Shown: one piece after another, positions 31,410-45,400 of the stretch
Layout of the letters: each line of letters starts with the position of its first letter
How positions within the stretch are numbered: position 1 is the first letter of the stretch
Source: Moniliella sp. 'wahieum'
Lineage: Eukaryota
Direction: 5' to 3'
NCBI GenBank assembly: GCA_003971905.1
Contig: RSEE01000044.1
Coordinates: 124,001-188,000 of the forward strand
DNA length: 64,000 bases
Notes under the pieces: model-generated
The model's database searches: none
What the model was told of the DNA's origin: nothing
What the model saw: only the letters and a program-made list of their open reading frames with translations
Made by a program: the position numbers and the translations under genes

Positions 31410-32822
31410 TTAATGAAAGCAGCAACGAAAACCCTCTCGAGATACGATCCATGGATCCCAGAGGGCCACTGAGGCTCAGCTTCTTCAAGCTTCATTGTTC
31501 TTCCCTTCTCAATTGTTGTTTGGATCCCAGCGGAGGTTGCGCGTCGGACCTCGGTAGCCCAAGCGAAATCCAAACAAACTTTTCCCGACTGAAAGAAATT
31601 TCCTTGTGCCCTGCGTTTTCGGCGCACGTTCCGACGCTCCCAGGGCCGCTTCCAGCGGTGTGGAGTATTAGTACTCAGACTGAGGACTGAGTTGCTCGTT
31701 ATGTAGCCATCGGTGTTCAACACGTTCAACGGTCATGTGCATCAACGTACTGAACTCAGTCTGAGTCCTCGGTACTCAGTGGTGGACATGCACATACGCA
31801 TATACCTTGTGACATGTGACATGTGAGCGCTGATCGTCGGACCCTTCCATTGCTGCTGCGGCTGAACGCTGAGTCTCGGCGGTGATCGATGACCGATCAC
31901 TTCCCCCGGCCACCCCCCATTTATCTTCTTAAGCGTCACGCATCACGCGTCACGCCCCGCCCTCTCCATTTTCCCACAACTAGACCGCATTTCCTCCATT
32001 CAAGCTTCCACGTAGCTGCGTGCTTCGCGCCTAGCGCTTAGCGTGCTTAGATCTTAGAGCGTAGAGCGTAGATGGGTATACTCAACGTTCAGCGTACTCA
32101 ACCTGACTGGGACCACGAAGTAGGCTGCCGCGTAGACCCACCAACACCTATATCGTTCCTACACCATCGGGCTCCGCAGCATGCGATATGCGATAACCTG
32201 CATGCGTGCGAACCACAAGATATTTGCCCTGGCTATCCTATATCGCGACATCAGGTGCCTCAAGGGTCCCCTTGCTACAGTCTCCTCTGTGAATCTGTGA
32301 TCTGTGATCTGAACGTTGAACGCGGGAACGATGACTAGATGACTTGGCCTGTTTGGGTTTTCTATCGGCCGCGTACATAGCGCGTTTTCCTATTTCCCAC
32401 GCCAGACGATGGAGGAAGCTTCCAGCTCGACGGGGAAATATGGAATCGTTACTAGTTACTAGTTGACGTGGAACAGCGGTGCAATCATTGCCAGGGCAAC
32501 GCTTGGTAACGAACACGTGGATGGGGCACCACGCGTTTCTCGACAAGGAGCGAGGCAATGAACGTTGAACCAAGGGTTGGAACATGCAACGCGTAGATCC
32601 CAAGGCAAGGGTACGGGTACGAGTACGGGCACGTCCCGCACGCGCTGAGTGCTGCGCTTCCTTCCCCGAATCGAATTGGATGTGCATCCACGGGGTTCAG
32701 CCGACCGGCTGGGATTTTGGGGGGGAGGGGAAAGAGGGAGAGAAGGCGCGGCTGGAAAACCCAAGGCAGGAGAACGCACTTCCCTTCCACTTCTTCCTCC
32801 TCTGAATGAAGTGTGTTATCCA

Positions 32823-34037
32823 TTATCCAGCGACTGGATCGCGCGACGATTTCCCCCTTCGGCGCGGTGGCACTGTGGTCCACTCGTCGGTTTCAGGCGG
32901 TAGGACGGGCGCCGGGGAGGGTGGGGAGGAATGCAGCGAGGCTGTCCTAGGGCGGGAGGGGACGCTTTCCGTAGTGGGTGACGAAGGTTCAGGGATAGGC
33001 TCAAACGATGGCCTGCGGCTCGCCGAGGGGCTGTCGGCAGGACTGGAGAGGTGGGACAGGTGCGCCGGCGCCGCGTCCGGCCAGAGTTGCACCAACTTTT
33101 CCGCGCGCGGCTCTGCAAGACACACCGAGGTGCGGGTAGCTTGCGCCGATGAAAGACTGAGGCTGTCGCTTGGCTTGCGGGGGCGCGAAAGGCTGCGGTG
33201 CGAAGGGAGTGTGCTGGAACCCGAGCCGCCCAAGCCCACCAGCGCGGGGGATGCTGTGCCACTCCCTGCTCCCGATCCCGTAGCCAGCTTGAACGCCCGA
33301 ACGGGGACCAGACCGCGCGTTTCACTCATTGCGGGCGGGTGGCGAGAAACAAAAGAGCCGCGGTGGTTGACCCCATTCAGACGGCTGATCGATGTGCGAG
33401 GAGAAGGGGTAGAAGCGGGGTCCCGCACCCGAGAAGGCGAGGCTGACCGGGTAGGGCGTGAGCGGTCGGATGGAGCTGGCGCCGCCGTCACATCCTCGGC
33501 CGAGCTGGACGCACTAGAAAGTGCAGCGGAGCGGGACGAAGCGGTAGGGGAGCGGCCAAGGCGACTGCGTGTGTATTCCCTGACCACTGAGGCTGGTCAA
33601 GACCGAGAGATGCCCGAGCGGACGAGGCGGTCGCGAGATGAGCCGGGTAATGGGACCAAGGGGCTAGGGGCGCGAAGGGTGTCAGCAGACCGAAAAGCAT
33701 GTGGCAGGAAAGGGGGCGCGGGAAGTGCGTACGTCTTGAGAGTGTGGAGAATGCCTTGCACCAGCTCTTCCTCTTGGTGAGACGGAGGGCGGGGCGGGGC
33801 AAAGGGGTTGTGTGCCACGCGGGGTATAGGGCAGAAGGGTGGAGGGAGGCGCGCCTGTCGAATCGAGGTGCTGGGGAGCGGGGAGGATGAGGTGGTGGCG
33901 ATGGCGGGCAGAAGCGGGGTGTGCTCGTTGTGGTCAAGGGCGTCGGAGGGGTCGTGTTGCGCATGCGGTTGACGCCTGCGGACGCACGGCCCGCAGAGCA
34001 CAGCAAGAACCGAGGCGAAGGAGGGCGTGGGCAACAT
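32823..34037 (-). CDS. Hypothetical protein with a possible LAMTOR1/Ego1-like N-terminus
   Basis: From ATG 34037: LCGPC cysteines, acidic dileucine EHTPLL and helix HQEEELVQGIL, then a Ser/Pro/Arg-rich ORF 32823..33587. The family assignment is weak. Confidence 0.4.
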
Positions 34038-37000
34038 GGGGCGCCATGCAGGCGGCAGGTGCGTGAGGGGCCGGAGGGGAGGGGGATGGGGGTGGTGGGG
34101 CGGCAGACGCAGCAAACGTACTGGCGGTGGAGGTGGGGGATGGGATGCGGGGGGCGATGGGGCGGAAGGAGTGGGTGCTGCGGCGGGAGAGTGACTCGGA
34201 CGAGGGCTGCTGCGTGGACTTGTGCCTGGGGCCGCCTGGGGCTCGAGGTGCTGGGTATCGGGAAAATTAGGCAAATTGGCCTAGGATTCGCATCTGAATC
34301 TGATGCATCATGCATCATGTGTCCTGTGTCACCCACCGTCTGGCCGGCAGAAACGGAAAGTTCCAGGAGCAACACAGCCTGACCGTCAGCATGATGCATG
34401 ACGTATGACGCAGCCGCCGTGCTGGGCCCAGGAGCTGTACGCAGACTGCGCCCGTGCGTGGCATGTCACATGTCGCCTGTCGCATGTCACGTCACCGCGT
34501 CACCGACCATGGGCGGTCATGCATCGTGTCACATGCACACATGCCACACGAATTGAAAAGCGGCTGCGCTCGCCAAGGAAAGTGGGTACGTGCGGAGTGG
34601 GGGGACGTGGGCGGTGGTGCGCAGCCCGCGCTTCAGCCCAGCAGCGCCCAGCCGCCAGCACTCCGCCGCAGCGCCAGCGTCTCCGCGGGGTTGGCGGTTG
34701 GTACATGCTGTTTGAAATTTGAGGGGGCCTCGCCTAATTAAGTGATGCCACCGCGCCCCACCACATGCTCGCGGCCATGTCAGGCAATGCACCCGCGCTG
34801 CTTGTGTCGAGTGTCGATGACGACACGTACGCACGCCTGCTCAGCGCTCAGCCCTACGTACTCAGCGCTCGCGTTTAGAATTAAAGTTGGACGAATGCCC
34901 CCCGGTGCCTGGCTAGCGCATAGCATTAGCCATCGGCATCTGCCCCTGCCACTGCCCACCTCACCCGCTGCCCCCATTTCCTCCCTCCTGCCTTCTCTTG
35001 GCCATGCGCTTGGCTTGGAACCAGCCATCCATCCACCCTGCCACCCATCTGTAGCCTTGTTGCGTAGCCGTTTCCACGCTTGCCCCCGCCAGATGGGCGC
35101 CATGGGTCACTCACATTGTCACACCAGTGGCCACGCGTCAGCGTCAGCCCCAGGCCTGCGCCTCAGGACACTACGCCACCCCGTTTCCTCTGGCCACACC
35201 CGCCTCTTGCGGTGCATATTGCCATCCTTACATTACAGCCGTAGAGTTGCGACCGCTTGCAAAACTCCCCGCCGGGTCCCACTTTGTGCACACCCACGAC
35301 TGGCAAGCCAAAAAAGGTAAAACGGTGCTATTATAATACCCGCTCCCTGCCCCGACAGTCAATAACTCGGCGCACCCAGCGCCAGGACGCTGAAACGGAG
35401 GACCCCGCGCACAGCTCGGCAGATGTGGCGCACAGCTGTCGGTGAAAATGAGCAGTTCTTCCACACCGCGAGCGCCCTTGCATGTGTAAGACCGGCTTGG
35501 CCCTGAGTTTCTGCGCCACGCGCCTCTCCCCCCACATCGAGTTTAATGGTGGGCCAACTTCAATGATTAATGAAGCGTCAAGCGCGTCAAGCTCTTCAAG
35601 CATCGAGGCTCTGTGCTGCGCGTATGCTTGGCGGCATTTTTTCAGATCCCAATCGATCTGATCGACCTGCCCGACCTGGATCTCTGGCATCTGACCGACT
35701 GGCCGATCTCACCGCCTATCGACGGCTAGCTGAAAAGACCCAGACGCGCACGGCCTGCTTTTGGCCTTTCGACTGCTTTATGACTTGGGTAGTGCTGTGT
35801 GCTTGCGGTATCCGGGAACCGATACCATGGGTAACACCGGGAACAGCATCTTACAGAAAATGCCGCACATACGTATCCCCAGTAGTAGTTCTGCCGAAGA
35901 AGCTAATTGATCGACATGCTTTTCAAGTTTTGATGAAGCTTTTAGCTTTACAGCAAAAGGGCAATGTGCAACGCGGCATGGCGGATGCCAGAGGGAGTCA
36001 TCATGCATGCGCGTTTTGTGTTGTCGAGAACACGTGCGTGCATATGACATCAAAGACGTGGTAGATGTCACATGTCACACGCCATGTGGCTACAACTACA
36101 CAAAACGAGCTTTTACTAATAGTACATAATGAGCTGCAGGTTGTGTATAACCGGTAACCTGTGTAGTGCGTATAACTCAGAGATGAATCACCTTCTTCTT
36201 GTTTCTCTCACAGCTTCAGCGTTAAACTGCATATCATCTTTGACTGAGTGTTGACGTTGAGGATGACGGATGTCAGCACGTTTCGGGAGTGGATCAATGA
36301 TCAAAAACGCGAGTATAATGTTTTGAAGGCATCACTCGGTCCGTGTGGCAAAAAATAACATGTGCTCAAAAGGTGCGCAACGCGGTTGGTGTGGCCCCAT
36401 ATATCTCTGCCACAGTATTCGTAGCATCACCGCGTATGGGGCAAACAGCAGTGAGTTGGGAGTTGGTTGACGTTGGACTTCAACCACATAATGCACCTGA
36501 TGGAGATCCCGATGCCCAATGTGTCTCCATCTTCCATATATGCTGTGCGGCTGATGTGATGCTGTTGGTAACAGGCCATTCAGAACTTTGAGGGTGTGGG
36601 CACGGGTCTAAAAGGGCGGGATAAACGCAAGAAGCGGCAGGCCATCAAGCCGTTTGCCATCAAGGCGGTGCACGGAAGGGATTGAGATATTGAGGCTCAT
36701 GCAGAAAGGGGGACAGGGTGGAAGCAGTCCCTACAAGTTAGGGAACGCATCAACTAGTACTAAATATAGGCATTTTGCTCCGAAGTCTCGATCACATGAC
36801 TTTTCCTCTCGGTGTTGCTGTCGCTTATACTCGGATGCGACCAAAGCTTTACCGCACCAACGACAAACTCATGCTTGATGAGACCTGGAGTCCTGATGGT
36901 CCTCGAGGGTGATGCAATCGCACTGGTGGTGGTGGTGGTGTGGCAACCAGCAACGCCTACAGAGGAACATCAAGCTTCAAGCAGCGAGTCGCCACCAGGG

Positions 37001-37914
37001 GCTAAGCTGCGGAGCAGGGAAAAATAGGAGAGAAAAAACAACGGAACTCCCAGGCCTGAGGAGGAACTGAAGGGACATTGCCAGGCCAAAGCACGAGCCA
37101 CCGATGGCTCAACAATGCTTTCACTATATGGGACTTACTGGGTACACTTCACTGACTTTGGGAGAGGGGTGCGGTACAGTGAGCATTTTGTGCTTTACCG
37201 GGGGGACACACAGAAGCGAGCGAGAGCGAGAGCTAATACCTGACGGTTTCAAGCGGAGCGCAGCCGGCTCAACATGGGGCTGAGAGCCCTGAGCTTAATA
37301 GGTCGATCAGAGCGTGAATAGCACTCAAGCTGGGTGGCAACAGGAAGTACAAAACATACAAACAGTGCCAGCACAAACTGTCCAGTGCTGTTCTGTATGT
37401 GTGGACGCTGGTTCTCCGCCAAACCATCGACATCATTGCGCTGGTACGGTGGCCATGCTATATATAGAAACGAGAGATGAGCGTATTTTACGAACTACAA
37501 CCTCTGTGTTTTCAAAGCACGGAGTACACCACATTGAAGTAGTGGAGGGCATACACCCATGTACACAATGCTCCGCGTGCGACTCTCATCTCTCTTTCAT
37601 ATAGAGTGCCGAGGAGCTGATGCGTCTGGAAACGCCGGGCTATATATACTGCAAGAGTGCAGAGCCAGAAACGCCAAAGGCTGTGTTGATATTGGACAAC
37701 TGAACCATCGAGATCAAGCTTTTTGAAGTGATGGTTCGACGTTCAACGTGTTCAACATTGAGAGAGGATGTATACGATGTCTATTCCACATCTGCTTGTC
37801 TCCTCTTCATGCACAACACGAAGATCAGACGAGTAGGAGGATTGGCCCCAAAGCGCTGCACAGCTCTTTCCACCCCTCCTTTCTCCACCATCCACGTAAC
37901 AATAAGCTGTCGCA

Positions 37915-39236
37915 ATGCCGTCGCTTCCAATGCCAGGGCAAGCGACAGCATCAGCTGCTCCTACGTCCACAACCGCCGCGGAGGGCGTGCCACTTCGCCA
38001 CCCAGGTCTGTTGAGCGCCCTGCCTCCTTGTCGGCCGCGCTCGCTTCTCTCGTCCCACACCCTCCTCTTCAAGACCGGCTGGTGGCGGGCACGAGCAGTA
38101 TGGCAGCGGGGTTGCAGCAAGTGGGTATAATGGTGGTCTCACTTCCTATGGAGGAAGCTTGGGCGGCCTGTCTTCGTATCCAGGGATGGGCGAGTATGCG
38201 CAGCGGTACGGTATGGGCGGCTATGGCGGTACGTACGGTGGGATGGGGGCGTGATGGACCAGCCCGGCATGCAAGGGCAGCTGACTCGGCGAATGGAGTC
38301 GGGAACGCAAGTTACGTTGGCAAGGATTAGCAGGGTTGTTGCTGCCGTGGGTGGTCTTTCGCACATGGTGGACCACACGCTGATGACAGCCCACAACAGC
38401 TTGCTTGCCTAGTCCACGTTGCCGAGCAGCTGGGTCACTTGCGGACGTACCTCGACAACATGCTTGGCATCATGACTTTGTTGCGCCGCATCAAACAGAC
38501 GGTAGCTCGTCTTGCGCGCCTAGGCGTGCCCGAGCCGCCTCCACAGCTCAACGTGGGCTCCTTCCAGGGATTGGCTGCTGGGAGTTCTTCCCATTCGCCT
38601 TCCCGAGCCCTTGCCAGCCCAGCCGATCCCACCCCTCGTCCCACCAAAAAGCCCCTTCTCGTCTTGTTGGCGTGCGCAATCGGGGCGCCTTGGTTCCTGA
38701 GACGCTGGGGGCACACCATTGCCGCTAGCCAACAGGCAGAACAGAAACGCTTGCAGGCTGCTTTGGACCTTGGTCTACTGTCTAGGCCCCAAGACCACGA
38801 TACTCATGGCTCGCATTCGTTGGGTCCGGGAGTCGGCGCAAGCGAAAAGGCAGAGGCAAATGCAGCGAAGGCTTCTTTGCCCGACCTGAGCAAGCTCACC
38901 TTTGTCCGTGCCCTCCATGCCTTTTCCGCCTCCGACCCGCTTGAACTAAGCTTGCAGCCCAACGACATTGTCGCCATCTTGTCTACCACCCTTCCCACCA
39001 CAGGACAAGAAAGTTCATGGTGGAAAGGACGAACCCGGGATGGCCGGATTGGGTGGTTCCCCGCCACCTATGTCGAGTCACTAGAGGCGGCCAGGCGGAA
39101 GGCCGCCCAAGCAAAGGCCCGGTCGGCCGAAGGGACGCCGATCAAGCAAGAAAGTGAGTTTTGTGAGGCAACACAAGCTAGACACCACAAATACGTGTTT
39201 CTTCCCTGCTCAAAAACTTATGGCCCGTTCTTCTAA
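37915..39236 (+). CDS. PEX13: Peroxin 13 (peroxisomal docking protein with SH3 domain)
   Basis: Tyr/Gly-rich N-terminal region, VVAAVGGLSHMVDHTLMTAHNS, VAEQLGHLRTYL, PTKKPLLVLLACAIGAPW transmembrane segment and SH3 domain (FVRALHAF..ELSLQPNDIVAIL..WWKGRTRDGRIGWFPATYVE). Confidence 0.93.
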
Positions 39237-39449
39237 TTTCTGCTCCTTGTCCGTGTCCTTCCCCTGCGCGTTCACCCGCTATGCTCATCATTTCTCGTCT
39301 TTCGCGTTCACCCTGTACTCTTCTCTAACATACACTACCCTAGCTCCTATATCGCCACGACGCCCATCTGTTCTTAAGCCGAAACACCAACCCGATGAAA
39401 TTAGACCAGATTCACACTTGTTTAGAGGCTAGTACCGTGCCCACAGTCC

Positions 39450-42400
39450 CTATTCGACCGTAGCCAACTTGTCCAGCAAGCGCTGCTGCACATGCGAAGG
39501 CAGAGCAGCCAGGCGGTCAAAGATGGCGTCTTCTTCCAGGTTCGTCACCAATGCCGCCAATGCCGTCTGAGCCTGGCTCGACTCGAGCAGATCGGCAAAG
39601 CAGCGTCATCCGCCTTGTCAATGTCGGGGGAAGCGGCGAGCACAGCCTCGTACATCTTGGCTAGGCTGCTCTGCGCCGTCAGCGTCGCATCTACCGCCCG
39701 GAGCTGGCGTTGCATCCCCACTTCAGCCAGGCGACGGCGCAAGCGCTGGTAAAAGTACCGCCGAGACTCGGGCCAGGACAACACGGCTTGCGCCACTCCC
39801 ACATTGTACATGCGCCCGGCCTTGTCGTGCGCATCAGCATAGGCGACCGCAATCGAGTTGAAGACAGGCGCCAACTCTTCCTCGCGCTGAGCAAGTTGCT
39901 GCTTGGTGTGCGCATCCGTCGTGCCCAGGCTGCGCAACTGACCGTAGACAGGATCCAAACGTTCCATCCAAGCGCGTTGCTGCGGCACGCGCACCTTGAT
40001 CTCCACCATGCCTTCGGGCTCCAAACTCCCCCACGGGCCGTCTCGTCCGTCGACAGTTCCATCAGACCGTCCTGGTTGATCTTGGAGTCGACCACAACAA
40101 ACGCACCGCCCGAAGCTCACCATTGGGCGCAATGTGGACAAACACCGGCTGACGGTAGTTGGTCAAACCATCCACAATGTACGACCCGTACTTGAGCACT
40201 TGATCAAACATGTCCTGCTGCCCGCCCGAGAAGCCGCGCCAGTTGGCAAAGATGATCAAAGGCAGGCCCTCGCGGTTGAAGTCGGCGATCGCCTGCGCCG
40301 TCTTGTACGCACTGTTCGGGTACCACACTTGACCCGCCTCCATGGTGCGCTGCTCTTGCGAGTTGGGATTCGCCGGATCAGCGGGCACAATCCGTTCCAG
40401 CGTACGGGTTTCAACGGCAATGGCGCCCATAGGGATGCCCCCCAGACGGCCACGACCCACCACAACCGAGGTAGCCCACCCGCCCAGCGTCTCTTGCCAT
40501 GAACCCTTGTCAAAGAAGCCAGAGAGGTAGGTCCCATCTTCCTCCGTCTTGCCCTCCAGCATCCAGCGGGATCATAAGGACCCTTGGGCGGCACATAGTC
40601 AATCACACGGTCCACGGGTCGTCCTTGACAAAGCGCGGAAGAGACAAGCCTTTCTTTGCTGGCACATAGCATCCACTTCAGCGCTTGGACCATCGCCTCA
40701 AGATCATCTTGGGCCTGCAGGTGCGACACACCGTTGCGGTACATGACTAGTCAACCAGTCGGGTCAGAATCCAGAAAGCAAAACAGAGAAAAGAGGAGGA
40801 GAAAGCGACGTACTCTGCGGCCCACCAAGCTGGAGGTTGGAAGTTACACCTCGCGACCAAGAAGTTTGTTGAGCGCCTGGTACCCGTCAAGATGAGCGGC
40901 GAACCGGTAACCTGGATCACGCGGTCTCCCAACCGGGCCAGGTACGCTCCAATGCCCACCGACCGGCCCGTGACAATGGTCGCGGTAAAGATCTCATCTC
41001 GAGCGCGGCTCGTCTCGCCGGCAATCAATCCCGAGCCCGACAGACACTCGACACCGAGCCGTTCTTGGACAGGCCGATGATGTCAGTAACAACGTGGTGC
41101 ACCGACCCATCCTCCTGCGTCTTGGGTTGGGTCAACACAGCCCCTGGCGAGTCCCGCTCCACTTCCGCCTGGGTCGCCTCATCAAGATAAAGGTACTCCC
41201 ATCCCTTGGCCGGGTCCGCCTCGTTGGTCCACTTGACACTGAACTTGTCCAGGATCTCCGTCGCGACGCCAATACGAGCACCCGAGTTGGCCGAGATGTA
41301 GAGACGAGGCACCCCGCGCTCCCGAGCCAGCTGCGAGGCGGCGGCAAACAGTTGATCTTCCACCGGGCCAAACGAGCCAGCTTGAACCGTCACATCGTTG
41401 GCAATCAGAACCATCTCCCGTCCCTCGGGGTACTCGGGCGTCAGCATCTCGATCCACCATGCCACCATGCTGATCTTGTTGAGCCCGGGACCGCGCTGCA
41501 CTTGTTGCAGCTCGCCCGACGGGCTCAGCACCAGTTGTGGACCAGACGAATCGGTTCCGTCGGACGGTTGGCTTTCCCACTGCGCTTCCACCCGGTCCGC
41601 AGAGCTTGGCGAAGAACGTCGATGAAGTCATAGGCAAACGTGGTCTGGAGAGCATGTGCCCGGGACGACGACTCTGCAAGGCCACCTTGGCCGACTGGGG
41701 GGCAAAAGCCGACTGGCCATGCCGAGGAGCTGGTTGGTCGGGCTCATTGAGCGATTGCAGCGACGACGCCCATCAGGTCCATCAATCTCAGTGTAGAACC
41801 CAAACTGGACCGAGTAGGCACTGCGGTTGGTGATAAAGGCACGTAGAGGAATGTGTTTGCCGCCGTACAGGATGGGGATGCGCACTTCGGCCGAGGTGAT
41901 GATGCGCAAGCGCTGGAACCGGTCCCCGTACCGCACCACAAACGAGCTCACCGCCTCCTTGACATTGTCCAGCGTCACATCCATATTGTAAATGAAGGAT
42001 AAAGATGTGCGACGAGTCGGCGTTGCGGTACTGTGGCTGCCCATTGCCAGCTCCACCACGTCGAGGATTTCACTGACGATGCGGGAGCTCTCGTGGATGA
42101 GGTAGGAGGACAGGTCTCCCGAGCTCTTGCCGGGCCGGACAAGCGAGCGAACAAAAGAAGCGACAGTCGGACGAATTGCTCAATGCCCGACCGTAAAACA
42201 GGTGGATCGTCGACGAAGGAACGGGGACACGGTCAGTTAAACTCCTCCGTCAGTCGGTCCAGCTCGAGTTGGTAGGCAAGCGCCGGTTCAATGTTGCGGA
42301 TCTGCATCTCCTCCGCCACGAGTTGTCCGGCTGAAGGCGCACGGTCGAGAAGAAAGGATACTGCCCTCGCGGCACAGGAGGTAGGTGACCCGACTTACCT

Positions 42401-45400
42401 TGACCTTGGTCAGGGCCAAGGAAGCCTTTTGCGTCACTGCCACCACCACTCCCGCGCCTTCTTCTCGTCAATGTCGTCGGCATCGGTAATGGCAATGTTG
42501 ATCACGTTGCCAGCGAGAGGAACGGAGCTAAATGCAGTCAATGCCTTCAAGGCCTGGTCCATAGCTTCTGTCAGCGCCTCGAGCGAGTCGCAGCTGGTCA
42601 TCACACCGTGGCGGATCAGCTGGTCGGGCTTGTCAAGCGCCATGGCCTTAAAGTCCGACTCGGACGAGGTGCGGTGCATTGTGCGCTGCAAGCGGCCCGA
42701 CCCACTGACGTCCTTGGGGATAGAAAGTGCCACGTGGCAACGCTCGCTCCTCGGCATCGATATCGACCATGTCGTACTCAATCGAGGTCGGTCATAGGCG
42801 CGGTAGGCACGGAGGATGTAGGTGGCCAACGACGCGTAGGCGAGGTGGTACTTGCGTGGTGAAGAAGGAGGAAGTACGTCGTAAACCGAATAGGGCGAAT
42901 CCGTCAACTCTTTCAGCACCGACAGGACGGGGTCGTGGAACTCGGCGGTGCCTCCGTAGGAGGAGGACATGACCGACGTGCGAAGGATGCGAGCCAGCTG
43001 ATGCGAACGGTCCTGAGAGACGGCAGACTGGCCTCGATCGACATCCCGCGCCTTGAGCGAGACAGGAGCCGTCTCCTTCGATTGAGGCTGGCCAGTTGAA
43101 GCAGCACCTGGTTAACACTGTCGCTCACCTCCTTTGACCCCGTCTGAGCCCCCTTGATGTGTACTTGTCCAGTAATCCGACAATCAAAGAGTTCTTACGA
43201 GACGTGCGTTGTGGGAATATGAAGGGGCGACCCTGTCCAAGTAGTCGGTCGGGATGAGCCTCACGCAGGGCCAAAACTTGTCTGCCTCCCAGAAAACAGC
43301 GATTCGACGCGTAATACTTTTGCAAAAAGCCGGCCAGCACCAAGATCTCGTGGGCTTCAAGACCACGAGTGTATGGTCAAAACTTCCAACAGCGGGCTGA
43401 GAGTGGTAAGAATCTGTGCTTGGACCGGCGCTTGGACTTGGTCCCGTACAAAGTTCTCCTCAGCTTGCGTAGACGCAAGGCAGGGAAAAGGCTGATGAGA
43501 GGTTCTGGGCAGTGTCGATGCTGTGGCGCAAAAGGTCTTGCAACTTGCCAGGAATGCGGCCCGACAAGGTAGACAGGACCGAATTGGCTTGGCTAAAGGG
43601 CAGTTCGGGGTTGCGCAATAACGCGATCATCTCAGGCACCGCCGAATGCAGCAAGTACGATTCATCAAACCCGTCCAGCACATGGTTGAGCGTACTGACC
43701 AAATACTCGAGCCGCTGGTGGGGTTTGTTCCAATAATGACGGCAGGCCTTGGTCGGACAAGACCAAACCAAATGGCTTGGCGTGCTGCACACGGCTGGGG
43801 TCGTCAAGAGAAAGGATACCAATGATGTCACCAGGGGAGAGGGAGACTCCCGGCTGCTTGAGGAAGGTTACGATCCCGTCTTCGGCCGCGGTGAGAGGTA
43901 GATACATCTTCATCACCTCGATTTCGGCAATGGATTGACCACTGACAACGTGGTCCCCGCTCTCGACGAGGAAGCGAACCAGTTTACCTGGCGAGGGGCT
44001 GCGAATTTGAGTCGGGTCATTTTCCTGCTCGATCAAACAAGTCTTGCTATCGATCATGAGCGGGTCATGCCCACTTCTTCGCGCCAGTACACCGGGTGCG
44101 ACTTGCCCGCCAGGCCAACCAGCAAGCCTCCGTCCGACAGAGGGCGGAGAGAAACACGAGTCCGGCCACCGTTGAGGTACAAGGTCCACTCTTGGGCCGA
44201 AGATTGCATCGCAGTAAAGTTGAACTTCTCTCCCTCGTAGATAAAGTCGATCGCAAACACTGTCTTGAGAGGTTGCGCGCGGAGGCACTTGGCCCTTGTT
44301 GAGGATCGTCTTGTATTCCGTAATCGACTCTTGCGAAAGCAGGAACGCCTTGACCGCCGCACCGCAAATCACCGCCAACTCCTTGGGGGGACGTTCAGCC
44401 GTGAGCTTGTCCTGGATCAGGCCATCAAGCCACCCGGTCGTGATGGTGTTGCGCTCGAACGCATCGGTCTCGAGCAGCTTGATGAGGTACTCGACCGTAG
44501 TACGGAAGTCACCACGGATCGAGAGTTCCTTGAGGGAGATGACCATCTGTTTGCGTGCTTCACTCCGATCGGCACCGTACGCGAAAACGTGCCGAATTGG
44601 CTATCGCATATTCGTGCAGCGCGCCATTGGATGCGACCGAGAAGTAGCCCCAGGTCGAGGTACTCGAACGGAAGTTGAGCTCGGTCAGGGCCCCCATGCC
44701 GGGCTTGAAGCCCGTGTCGGGGTTTTCGGCAGTGATGCGACAGGCCACAACGTGACCCTTGGGCTGGGGCTTGCGCTGGGTGGAGTAGCTGGCCGGATCG
44801 GTAAAGTCAAAGTCGATCCGTTCGGAGCCCTTAGGGTTCATCCCGTAGAGGGTGCGGATGTCGCGGATACGGTAGAGCGGGATACCCATCGCGACCTGGA
44901 GCTGGGCGGCGGGGATGTTGACGCCAGATACCATCTCGGTGGTAGGATGTTCGACTTGGAGACGCGGGTTGAGCTCGAGGAAGGAAAAGTCGCCCGATTC
45001 AGGTGATAGAGCCATTCGACCGTGCCGGCCGAGACGTAGCCCACCAGCTTGGCCAGTCGGACCGCCGCCCGCTCCATCTCTTCCCGAGCATCGTCGTTGG
45101 CGATCGTGACGGGGGCTTCCTCAATGATCTTTGGTGCCGACGCTGAACACTGCAGTCACGACCAAAGATGCTGATCGCATTGCCATATTGATCAGCGAGC
45201 AGTTGAACTTCCAAGTGACGGGCCTTGCCCGCCAGCTTCATGACAAAAACGGGCGAACCGGGCACCTCTCCCAGCACAGCCGTGTAGAGCTGGGCAAAGT
45301 CTTCCTCTTTGGTACACATGCGGATCCCTTGCCGCCACCTCCCTCGGATGCCTTGATCATGACGGGGTAGCCAATCTGAGCCTTGGCCATACCTTCCTCG

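Noticed and set aside
35331..37700. Mating-type pheromone precursor or homeodomain gene in this ORF-poor region
   Set aside because: I found no short ORF ending in a CAAX motif and no WFxNxR homeodomain signature.
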